Notes under the pieces: model-generated
Databases searched by the model: none
Told to the model about the DNA's origin: nothing
The model's input: only the letters and a program-made list of their open reading frames with translations
Source: an uncultured Chloroflexia bacterium
GTDB taxonomy: Bacteria; Chloroflexota; Limnocylindria; Limnocylindrales; CSP1-4
NCBI GenBank assembly: GCA_963700245.1
Contig: CAVOWV010000001.1
Span: 5,666 to 69,665, forward strand
Length of the DNA: 64,000 bases
Direction of reading: 5' to 3'
Shown: one piece after another, positions 48,750 to 58,362 of the stretch
Position numbering within the stretch: position 1 is the stretch's first letter
Layout of the letters: every line of letters starts with the position of its first letter
Position numbers and translations under genes: made by a program

Positions 48750-49876
48750 TCCGCAGCTTCCGGTATCGCCGGCCCAGCCTCGCCGATCTTGCCGGTCACC
48801 TCGACGGGCTCGGTCACCTTCGGCTCGTCGGTCACGTACGCCGAGCGCATCGGCCGGTCCCACCACGGCGCGGGCGCCATCGTGAGTCGCTCCAGACCGC
48901 GCAGGGCCGCGTCGTAGTTCACGCGCCAGCCGTTGAAGTCGCGCCATGCCTGGTCCCGGTCGGCCACCATCGGCACGCCGGCCTCCGCGAGGACGTTGAA
49001 GGCGTCGTCGAAGCGCGCACGGTCGATGCTCGTGGCATCGGTCGGCCTCGGCTCGGCGTCGTAGGGGATCCGGAAGTAGTCGCAGATGCGGCGGAGCGCC
49101 AGGTACCCGGACCGGATGACGAGGTCCGCCTGGACGTCCATCGGGATGGCCACCGCCGACCGCGCGAGGGCGGCCGCGTCCATGATCGCGCCGGCCGCGT
49201 TGACCCAGGACTGGCTCGGCTGCTGGCTCCGGTAGTAGACGAGGACCGGCAGGGAGCTGTGCGACTCCTCCACCTCGGCGAACCACTGCTCCCAGCGCTC
49301 CCACATCGGGTGCAGCGCGTCGAGCCCGTGGAGCCGGTGCATCCGCGTGAGCATGACGACCGGCGACGGCGGCGAGTCCGCTCGGACCTCAAGCATGCTC
49401 ACCAGCAGCTCGCGGCGGGAGAAGGCGCCGTAGATCGTGGGCAGGTACGAGATGAGCAGGGCCACGAGCGCGAGACCCATCGCCGCCTCGACGAACGCGA
49501 TGAAGTCCCCGCCCTGCACCGCGGGGCGGAAGAACCCGAGCGTGAGCAGCGACGATCCGGAGACCTCGAGGGCGTCGGCCACCGGGAGGCCAAGCGCCCA
49601 GTAGATGGCCGCGAAGCCGACGAGCAACAGCACCAGCCACCAGGCCGGGAGGAGCATCAGGGCGATGGGACCGTAGTAGGCCATGACCCGGTCGCGGGCC
49701 GCGTACGGTCGGGATGGCGGCGCCGCGAGGGTGAAGCCCCTGCGGATGACGCCGAACGCCATGCGCGTGAGCCGGTCGTCGACACCCCGCGGCACGACGA
49801 AGGTCCGCACGGCACTGAGCACCGTCCGCGCGATGAGGACGATGCCCGCCAGCGCGACGAGGGCCTGGATGATCAC
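48746..49876 (-). CDS. membrane protein of unknown function (N-terminal TM bundle plus a soluble C-terminal domain)
   Basis: ORF 48746..49876(-), 376 aa. It has four or five N-terminal helices and a Trp-rich soluble half (HPMWERWEQWFAEVEESH). No family recognised. Confidence 0.65.
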   Translation of the reverse strand: MIIQALVALAGIVLIARTVLSAVRTFVVPRGVDDRLTRMAFGVIRRGFTLAAPPSRPYAARDRVMAYYGPIALMLLPAWWLVLLLVGFAAIYWALGLPVADALEVSGSSLLTLGFFRPAVQGGDFIAFVEAAMGLALVALLISYLPTIYGAFSRRELLVSMLEVRADSPPSPVVMLTRMHRLHGLDALHPMWERWEQWFAEVEESHSSLPVLVYYRSQQPSQSWVNAAGAIMDAAALARSAVAIPMDVQADLVIRSGYLALRRICDYFRIPYDAEPRPTDATSIDRARFDDAFNVLAEAGVPMVADRDQAWRDFNGWRVNYDAALRGLERLTMAPAPWWDRPMRSAYVTDEPKVTEPVEVTGKIGEAGPAIPEAAD

Positions 49877-49991
49877 CGCGGGAGCATAGCGGGCCGGCCC
49901 GCCGGAACCAGCCCGACCGCGGGGATCTGCGCGGCTGCTATCAGCCGTGCGGGGGCCGTCAGCGCGAACGCGGCCACCGGAGCGGCGGCCG

Positions 49992-50946
49992 TCAGCCCGA
50001 GAACACCGCCGCCACCACCGGGAACGCGACCAGGGTGACGACCGTCGCCAGCGACAGCGTGTCCGCCACGTAGTCGCGCTCTGCCTCGTCCTCCGGGCGC
50101 GAGCCCATGTACAGCGGGATCACGAACGGCGGCGGCAGGATCGCCATCGTCATCACGGCCGCGGCGAACAGGGCGTCCAGCCCGAGCAGGCCCTGGACGA
50201 CGATGACGGTGAATGCGCACCGCCAGGGTGACCCAGGCGGTGAGACGGATCGCCACCGTGCGCGCGGGCCGGCTCAGGGCCCCTCGCCCAAGACGGGTGC
50301 TGTACCCGATGACCACGGCGATCAGCGGGGTGGTGCAGGCGCCGAGCAGGGCGAGCGTCGCGAGCAGGGCCGACGTCAGCGTCGACGAGTCGAGGATCGC
50401 GCCCAGGCCCACGAGGTTCCCGACGACGCCGGCCAGGATCGCCACGATGACCGGCGTGCGGATGAAGGCGACGACGGTGTCGCGCACCCCGGGCATGACC
50501 CCCGTCGCCCGCCTCGTCAGCACCGTCGCGAGGACGAAGAAGACGAACAGGACCTGGCCAAGGTCCACGATCCCGAACCTGTACAACGCGTCCGGCCCGA
50601 ACACGCCGCCGTAGATCGCGTAGCCCAGCATCCCTGCCTCGAACCCGGTCATCAGCGGCCCGGCGTACGGCGAGCGAACCCCCACCAGCCGCGCCAGCCC
50701 CGGACCTGCCAGCAGCATCAGGACACAGGCGGCGAAGACGAGCACCACGATCGGCAGGTAGCGGACGTCCAGGCTGACCCGCAGGAACGTCAGGAACAGC
50801 GCCGACGGCAGGGTGACCGCCAGCACGAACCGGCGGAGGTCCGCGACGGTGGACTCGGCGAAGAAGCCGCGCCGGCGCAGGAGGGCGCCGAGGCCGAACA
50901 GGAGCAGGACCGGGAGCACCCGGCTGACGGCGTCGATGATGGCCAA
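49992..50946 (-). CDS. AEC (auxin efflux carrier)-family transporter. One frameshift near 50215-50218.
   Basis: ORF 49873..50946(-) is transporter-like up to ...IRLTAWVTLAV. The adjacent frame then gives AFTVIVVQGLLGLDALFAAAVMTMAILPPPFVIPLYMG...VAFPVVAAVFSG with stop 49992-49994. Confidence 0.8.
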
Positions 50947-51024
50947 GGGGTACCTCGAGGGCCGGGAGCGATACCTCGCGGGCCGCGGCGGAGCCCGGAG
51001 CGGTCGTCCCTGCGCGGTCGACGC

Positions 51025-52732
51025 CTAGAACAGCCCGACCACGTTCCCGTCGGCGTCGATGTCGATCCGCTCACCGCCGGGGCGGCTGTTCAGGCCGGGC
51101 ATCGTGCGCATGTCGCCGCAGATCGGGGTCACGAAGCCGGCACCGGCGCTGAGGCGAACCTCGCGGATCGGGAGCCGGTAGCCCGTGGGCCGGCCCAGGA
51201 GCTTGGCGTCATGGGACAGGCTGTACTGGGTCTTGGCCATGCACACGGGCAGGTGGCCGAAGCCCATGTCCTCGTAGAGCTTGAGGCTCTTCGCGGCGGC
51301 GGGCTGGTAGTCCACGCCGTCCGCGCCGTAGATCCGGGTGGCGATGGTCTCGATCTTGTCGCGCAGCGGCATGTCGTCGGGGTAGAGCAGGCGGAAGTCC
51401 GGGCTCCCCTCCTCGGCCGCGGCCCAGACCGCGCGGGCCAGGTCCTCGGCACCGGCGCCGCCGTCGGTGAAGTGGCGCGCGACCACGGCATCCCGGGCGC
51501 CGGCCTCGAGCGCGACCTCGCGCACGGCCGCGATCTCGTCGGCGGTGTCGGTCGGGAAGACGTTGATCGCCACGACCACCGGCACGCCGAACGCGCGCAC
51601 GTTCTCGATCTGCTTGGCGAGGTTGACGCCGCCCCGCCGGACGCCCTCGGGGTTGTTCTCGAGCAGCGCCGGGTCGAGGGGCTTGCCCGCCACGACCCTG
51701 CCCACGCCGCCGTTCATCTTGAGCGCGCGGATCGTGGCCACGATCACCGCGGCATCGCAGGTGAGCCCGGACGCGCGGCACTTGATGTCGAAGAACTTCT
51801 CGGCGCCCATGTCGGCCCCGAAGCCCGCCTCGGTGACCAGGATGTCGCTGCCCGCGAGCGCCGCCCGGTCGGCGAGGATGCTGTTGTTGCCGTGGGCGAT
51901 GTTGGCGAACGGGCCGCAGTGGACGAAGGCGGGGCCGCCCTCGAGGGTCTGCATCAGGTTGGGCTTGAGGGCGTCCTTGAGCAGGACCGCCATCGAGCCC
52001 GCGACCTTGAGATCCTCGGCGGTGATCGGGGTGCCGTCCTTGCGCGTCGCGAGGACGATCCGGCCGAGCCTGGCGCGGAGGTCCTTGAGGTCCGATGCGA
52101 GCGCGAGGATCGCCATGACCTCGGACGCGACCGTGATCACGAACTGGCCCTGGCGCGGGATAGCCGTTGTCCTTGCCGCCCAGCCCGACCACGATGTCGC
52201 GCAGGGCGCGGTCGCTGATGTCCATCACCCGCGGCCAGAGCACGTTGTTGGCGTCGATGCCGAGCTCGTTGCCGTGGTGGATGTGGTTGTCGATGAAGGC
52301 CGCGGCGAGGTTGTGCGCGGCGCCGATCGCGTGGACGTCGCCCGTGAGGTGGAGGTTGAAGTCCTCCATCGGGATGACCTGGGAGTAGCCGCCGCCCGCG
52401 GCGCCGCCCTTGATCCCGAACACGGGGCCAAGGCTGGGCTGGCGGAGGGCGACGGTCGCCTCCTTGCCGATCCGCTGGAGCCCCTGGGCGAGCCCGACCG
52501 TGGTCGTCGACTTGCCCTCGCCCAGCGGCGTGGGGCTGATGGCGGTCACCAGGACGTACTTGCCCCGGCCGTGCTCGCGCTCCTTGCGCTCGATGCCCTC
52601 GATCGTGATCTTGGCCTTGGTGTTGCCGTACAGCTCGATCTCGTCGTCGCGGAACCCGAGCTCGTGGGCGACATCCGCGATCGGGCGCGGGGTGACGGAG
52701 CGGGCGATCTCAAGATCGGACGGGAACGACAT
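51025..52732 (-). CDS. fhs: formate--tetrahydrofolate ligase. One frameshift at the GGG run 52157-52159.
   Basis: ORF 51209..52732(-) gives the N-terminus with [17 protein letters not shown] 51025..52140(-) gives the remainder. The joined sequence reads [25 protein letters not shown]. Confidence 0.92.
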
Positions 52733-53660
52733 CTAGCGTGCCTCCGGCATGGCGACGGCGAGAGAATGGGCACCCAGGGGGACCAGGCCCTGGGCCTGGG
52801 CGCGGGCGGCTTGGACAAGGTGGGTCAGCAGGATCGCGTTGGTCAGCGGACCGACGCCACCGGGGACGGGCGTGATCGCCGCGGCGACGCGGCTGGCGGT
52901 CTCGAACTCCACGTCGCCCGACGAGCTTGCCGTCCACGACGTTGATGCCGACGTCCACGACGACCGCACCCGGCTTGAGCATGTCGCCGGTCACGAAGTT
53001 GGCGCGCCCGATGGCCACGATCACGATGTCCGCGCCGCGGATCACGTCGGCGAGGCCCTGGGTCTTGCTGTGGCAGACGGTGACCGTGGCGTTCTCGCGC
53101 AGGAGAAGGAGCGCCGCCGGCTTGCCGATGACGTTGGACCGGCCGACGACCACGGCATGCTTGCCGCTGATCTCGATGCCGCTGTGCTTGAGGATCTCGA
53201 TGCTGGCGTGGGCGGTCGCCGGGAGGAACCCGTCATACCCCAGCGAGAGGAGCCCCGCGTTGAGCGGGTGGATCCCGTCGATGTCGCGGAGCGGGTCCAG
53301 GACGTCGATCACGGCCCGCAGGCCAATGCCAGGCGGCAGCGGCATCTGGGTGATGATCCCGGCCACGTGGGAGTCGGCCTGGAGCTCGCGCAGCGCGCCA
53401 GCGATGTCGGCTTCGTCGGCGTCCGCGGGCAGCTCGACCAGGCGGTCCTCGATCCCGACCAGGCGGCAGCCGTCGAGGATCTTGTGCAGGTAGACCGCCG
53501 ACGGCGCGTCCTTGCCGACCACCACGACGGCGAGTGCCGGCGTGTAGCCGGACTCCAGCTTGAACGCCTCGACGTCGGCGGCCACCTGCTCGCGGATCGA
53601 CGTGGCGATCGGGCCGCCGCGCAGGAGGCGCGGCCCGTCGTCGGCGGCGAAGGAGGTCAT
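52733..53660 (-). CDS. folD: bifunctional methylenetetrahydrofolate dehydrogenase / methenyltetrahydrofolate cyclohydrolase. One frameshift at the CCC run 52917-52919.
   Basis: ORF 52710..53660(-). Motifs: [31 protein letters not shown]. After DGKLVG the adjacent frame gives [30 protein letters not shown] (ORF 52733..52969). Confidence 0.92.
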
Positions 53661-54326
53661 GCAGGATCGACGGGCAGCGGACCGCGTGACGCGCCCCCAC
53701 GGACCTGCTCACGGGTCCGCGAGGCCAGCCGCTCGACGGCGTCCGCGATGCCCTCCGTCCGCTCGTAGAGCTCGCGGGCCCGGCGCTCGTCACCCAGGCT
53801 CGGCAGGTTGATGTACACGTTCGCGGCGGCGGAGCGGCAGGCCGCGACGGACATCAGCGCAGCGACCTCGAGGTCCGACGACGCGTTCTTGTTGCTGCGG
53901 CCGGCGAGCTCCTCCGCGAGCGCGACAACCTCCAGCGAGGCCTCGACGGTCCGCAGGGGAGAGAGCGTGGCCGCCAGCGCGGCCTCCTGGATCGCCGCGG
54001 TTCGGGCTGCCCGCTCCTCGTCCGTCTCGCGCGGCAGGCGCATCGCGGCGCCATACCCGGCGAATGCCTGTGCATCCTCGTCGGCCAGGGCGAGGAGGCG
54101 GTCCACCAGCTCCTGCGCCGCGGGGATCGCCCGGGCGTGCAACGCCGCGTGCTCCGCGTACTTCGGGCGCCCCATCGGAGAGGTTGGCGACCATCGCGAC
54201 CAGGGCAGCCCCCAGGCTGCCGGCGATCGCTGCGGCGGCGCCGCCACCGGGGACGGGCTCGCCCGAGGCGAGCGCTTCGACGAACTGGGCGACCGTCAGG
54301 TCGCGAAACCGGCTGCTCGTATCCAC
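53657..54326 (-). CDS. formiminotetrahydrofolate cyclodeaminase / cyclohydrolase-family protein. One frameshift near 54177.
   Basis: From GTG 54326: [50 protein letters not shown]. It then continues [14 protein letters not shown]... in ORF 53657..54247(-). There is an ATGA overlap with the folD start. Confidence 0.8.
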
Positions 54327-54534
54327 CCGCCGATTGTAGGGACGCGGCGGTGTCCCCGGCAGGCCCATGGGCCCACCGGGCGCGGGACGTCCGTCCTCCC
54401 CGGCGGCGCTCGATTCCGGCGCCGCATCACCCGCCGGCTTGCTGATAGCGGCAGTGTGGCGAGCGACCTCCGGCCCTTGCGTGACGGTGTCGGTAGTGGG
54501 ACCCTCCGGTCCCGGGGAGTCGATAGGGGGAGAC

Positions 54535-55090
54535 ATGCAGGGGGCGGGCATCGAGCCCGGCGCGCGATCCACGGCGGATGGCGGCCTGTTCGTGAGGGCA
54601 CGCGGCGGCGATCTGGCGGCATTCGAGGCGATCGCGGTCGAGCGACTGCCCCGCCTGTACCGCATCGCCCACGCGATCCTCGGGGGCGATGCGGACGCCG
54701 CGGAGGCGACCTCCAGCACGCTCGTCGGCGCCTGGCACGAGCTCCAGCGCCTGGACGACCCGGCGCGGTTCGACGAGCTGGCTCGACCGGATCCTGATCA
54801 GCGAGTGCCGGATGGAGCTGGAGCGCGCCGGCCGCGGGGAGGTGCCGCCAGGGCCGTCCGCATCGCTCGCAGCACCGGACGAGCTGGATCGCGACGAGAT
54901 CCTCCGCCTGCTGGACGGTGCGTTCGAATCGCTCGATGCCGTTGATCGCGCCGTGCTCGTCCTGCACGACCTGGAGGGCCGGTCGCCCGGGGCCATCGCC
55001 GACACCGTCCATCTGCCCCTCGGGACCGTCAAGTGGCGGCTCCACGAGGCGCACCTGGTCCTCCGGGCGGCGCTCGAGGTTCCCGCATGA
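54535..55090 (+). CDS. ECF-type RNA polymerase sigma factor. One frameshift near 54773.
   Basis: From ATG 54535: [21 protein letters not shown]...LDDPARFD. It then continues [16 protein letters not shown]...[33 protein letters not shown] (ORF 54689..55090). Confidence 0.8.
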
Positions 55091-56218
55091 CATCGCCGGA
55101 CCGGACCGACGAGCTGATCCGCGCGATGCTCGCGCTCAGGGCGGGCGGGCAACCGCCGGCCGACCTCGTCGGTCGCACGCTGCTGGCGCTCGCGGCGGCA
55201 CCACGGCGCGAGGGTGCAAACCATCGGGCGGTCGCGCCTCGGGCCGGCCAGCGGCGCCGGCTGTGGCTCGCAGCCGGGCTCGTCGTTGCGATCCTGGCGC
55301 TCGTCGTCGCCGTGCTCGCAGCTGGACCGCTCATCGGGGCGCCGGCCGGCGGCAACGATCCCGGGATGGCGGCCGGGGTCACGGCGGTGCCATCGACCAC
55401 GCCGGTCGCCTCGGTGGCCGCAGCGAGCCCGGAAGCGTCGGCGGCAACGCCTCCCTCCACGGGTGAGTCACCCGAACCCACCCTGGCGGTCGGGTCGCTC
55501 GCGGCGGTCACGATCGAGGGGGACAACCTGCGGGTCCGGAGCCTGCCTTCGACCGCTAGCGTCTCGAAGAAGTTCAAGCCGACCCTGCCGGCCGGGACCC
55601 GGATGCTGGTTGTCGGTGGGCCAGTGTCGGCTGATGGCATGGAGTGGTACGAGATCCAGACCGACAGCGAGCTGATCGACCTGTTCGGGTGGGTATCCAC
55701 GGGCCAGGACGGCGAGGTCTGGCTGGCACCCCGAAGGCCCCGCTGCCCGGAGGACGTGGACGCCTCGGCCGTTGCGACGCTCACCCGCATCGACTTCCTC
55801 GCCTGCTACGGCCAGCACCCAGGTGGAGGTCAAGGCTCGACCAGCGGACCTCTGGGAGCGACGTGTCGAATCGGGCGGCTGCGGGTGGGTCCGGCGCACC
55901 GGCACCTGTGACGTCGACACCCGCTGGCTGCTCTTCCCGTCCACGTCGGTCACGCTCATCACGGACCGGGGCAACGAGCATCGAGTCGACCTCGCCATGC
56001 CCCCCGAGCTGGCTGCCAAGCTGCAGGAGGTTCCCCACCAGGCGACGCTCCTCTTGACGATCTCCATGGATGCGCCAGAGGCAGCCTCGTGCGAGGTTCA
56101 CGACGCCGTCACCGGCGCGGAGCTGATCCCCGCCCACCGTGCGGTGACGGCATGCCGCCTGCAGTTCGTCGTCCAGCAGATCGCCTGGCGGGACGCGGCT
56201 GGATCAGGCGCCGGATAG
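55087..56218 (+). CDS. anti-sigma-like membrane protein with an SH3b-like extracellular domain. One frameshift near 55818.
   Basis: ATG 55087 overlaps the sigma factor's TGA (ATGA). The TM helix is LWLAAGLVVAILALVVAVLAAG. The SH3b-like segment is GDNLRVRSLPSTASVSKKFKPTLPAGTRMLVVGGPVSADGMEWYEIQ. The C-terminus continues in ORF 55772..56218. Confidence 0.7.
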
Positions 56219-56337
56219 CCGACCCATAGCCCGCGCGTCCATCAATGGCCCGCGGGGCGAGCGCGATCACGCCCGCCCCGCAGCCGACCCAGGGAGCCGC
56301 GGGAGAGGAGCCCCGACCCCCGTGTCTGATGGCGCCG

Positions 56338-56607
56338 TCAGGCGGCGGCGGGCATCCCGTCCAGGCCCTCGATCGTCCAGCGCCTGGATCGATGCTGGAA
56401 CGTGAGAGCGAGACGGAGGCCTGGCGTGTCGACCTCGAACAGCGTGCGCGGCCCGGTGATGGCCGGGTAGGCACGAGCCTCGTCGCGGACCGAGACGAGA
56501 CGGGTGACCTGGAGGCGGTCCTCGCCCCACCTGATCTCGCGAGGGATGCCGTTGACCCAATCGGTGCGGACCTGGACGGTGACCGGTGCGACGCGAACCA
56601 TCGCCAT
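56338..56607 (-). CDS. SOS-box-controlled small protein of unknown function (89 aa)
   Basis: ORF 56338..56625(-). I prefer ATG 56607, which has AAGGAG 9 nt upstream. It reads MAMVRVAPVTVQVRTDWVNGIPREIRWGEDRLQVTRLVSVRDEARAYPAITGPRTLFEVDTPGLRLALTFQHRSRRWTIEGLDGMPAAA. It is preceded by its own promoter and two LexA boxes. Confidence 0.7.
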   Translation of the reverse strand: MAMVRVAPVTVQVRTDWVNGIPREIRWGEDRLQVTRLVSVRDEARAYPAITGPRTLFEVDTPGLRLALTFQHRSRRWTIEGLDGMPAAA

Positions 56608-56661
56608 GGTGGTGATCTCCTTCACTCGGCGGTTCGTCGTCAGCCGGGGGCACTCCGGATG

Positions 56662-56675
56662 CGAACGCTTGTTCG
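56662..56675. promoter_or_regulatory. LexA (SOS) box CGAACGCTTGTTCG, promoter-proximal and downstream of the -10 element
   Basis: Perfect CGAAC-N4-GTTCG palindrome, 55 nt upstream of ATG 56607. Confidence 0.8.
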
Positions 56676-56686
56676 TTTCTGGCCTA

Positions 56687-56716
56687 ACGCTAGACCGAAC
56701 AGGTGTTCGATGTCAA
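56687..56716 (-). promoter_or_regulatory. candidate sigma-70-type promoter TTGACA-N18-TAGCGT driving the small ORF
   Basis: The minus strand reads CTTGACATCGAACACCTGTTCGGTCTAGCGT. The -35 element is at 56711-56716 and the -10 element at 56687-56692. Confidence 0.6.
56696..56709. promoter_or_regulatory. LexA (SOS) box CGAACAGGTGTTCG, inside the promoter spacer
   Basis: Perfect CGAAC-N4-GTTCG palindrome between the -35 and -10 elements of the minus-strand promoter. Confidence 0.8.
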
Positions 56717-56953
56717 GCGTCGTGAGCGAAGGATCGGCGATTGCTGTGACAGGTTGCGTGTCACCGGGCTCGGAGGGGCCCGAGCGACTCGCCTCGGGGT
56801 CAGATCGCAGGGTTCGGCGAGGAGCTGGGGCGCGATCCTGCACGAATTGGGGTCGAGCCCCTCGTGCCGGCCGGCCGTTTGACACGAGCACGAGTCAGCC
56901 TCTGCTCGTCTTGCGCGTGCGCCATCAAAACTCCTCTCCGGGCGCTGGGTCGA

Positions 56954-58274
56954 TTACGGGCGCTGGGTCGACCCACTCCTCGTCGATGACGTCCCGCCCC
57001 GGGTCCCCCGCCGCGGCTCCTCCGTCCGACGTCGTCGCCCTGTTGGCGCCTCCGGCACGCCGAGCCGGCCCTCCACCGCGGAGTTGGGGTCGCGTTCGAA
57101 GACCGTCGGCACGCCGGCCCGGACGAGCCGCCCGCGGGTCACCGCCCGTTCGCCGTACTTGCGCCGGATCGAGTCCATCGCCTCCGCCGCCTGGTGCCGC
57201 TTCGGATCCTCGTCAGCCCCGAACAGCTCCAGCTGCTCGCGATCCCGGAAGTTGGACGCGGTCACGCCCACCAGCCGGATCCGCTGGCCATGGAGCTCGC
57301 GCCGCAGGAGCACCAGGGCGGCCTCGTAGATCGGCTCGGTGAGGTCGCCCGGAACCTCGAGCGTCACCTGGCGGGTGATCGTGGCGAATGACGAGTCACG
57401 CAGCTTGAGGGTGATCGTCGCCGCCTTGAGCCCCGCCGCGCGCAGCCGCCACGCCACGCCATCGGCCATGCCCAGCAACGTCCGCTCGATGACCTCCCGG
57501 TCCGCGGTGTCGTGCCCGAACGTGTGCTCGTGCCCGATCGACTTGGCCGGATCGCCAGTGGCCACGGGGTCGGCGTCGATCCCGTGCGCGCGCTCGACCA
57601 GCGCCGCACCGTGCTTCCCGAACCGCCGCTCCAGGGCGTCCGGCGGCAGCGCAGCGAGGTCGCCGATCGTCTGGACCCCGAACTCGCGCAGGACAGCGGC
57701 GGTCTTCTCGCCCACGCCCCACAGCCGGGAGATCGGCAGCGGCGCCAGGAACGCCGCCTCCTCCCCGGGCGGCACGACCACGAGCCCGTCCGGCTTGCGC
57801 AGGTCGGACCCGATCTTCGCGACGAGCTTCGTGGCCGCCACGCCCACCGAGGCAGTGAGCCCGACCTCGTCGTGGACCGTCCGCTTGATCACGCGGGCGA
57901 TCGTCTCGCCGTCGCCGAACAGCGCCCGCGACGCGGTCACGTCGAGGAACGCCTCGTCGATGGAGATGGGCTGCACCTGTGGCGTGAACCGCCGGAGGAT
58001 CGCCATGACCTCGCGGCTGGCCGCCTGGTACCTGCGCCCGTCCACCGGCAGGAACACGCCGTGCGGGCAGAGCCGGTACGCCGTCCGCAATGGCATCGCG
58101 GAGTGCACGCCGAAGCGCGCGGGCCTCGTAGCTCGCGGCCGAGACGACTCCCCGCTGCGTCGGATCGGAGCCGCCGACGATCACCGGCCTCCCGCGCAAC
58201 TCCGGCCGGTCGCGCTGCTCCACCGCGGCGAAGAACGCGTCGAGGTCGACGTGGAGGATGGTCCGTGCACTCAC
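56954..58274 (-). CDS. dinB: DNA polymerase IV (Y-family). One frameshift near 58115-58121.
   Basis: ORF 57396..58304(-) gives the N-terminus [30 protein letters not shown]...[11 protein letters not shown]. It then continues [17 protein letters not shown]...[10 protein letters not shown]...LWGVGEKT in ORF 56954..58108(-). The start is either GTG 58274 or ATG 58304. Confidence 0.9.
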
Positions 58275-58362
58275 GGGAGAATTCTGCGCCCCTCGCACCC
58301 ACACCGGCGAGGACGCCGGTTGCTACGCTCTGCGAACGGTCAGCCGCTGCAGTCGAGGGAAG

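Noticed and set aside
54327-54534. Possible ZTP or THF riboswitch ahead of the cyclodeaminase-folD-fhs operon
   Set aside because: I could not find the conserved cores in either orientation, for example GGGTCGTGACTGGCG ... CCGCCTGGGC for ZTP. The region is more simply a divergent promoter shared with the ECF sigma gene. An Infernal scan would settle it.
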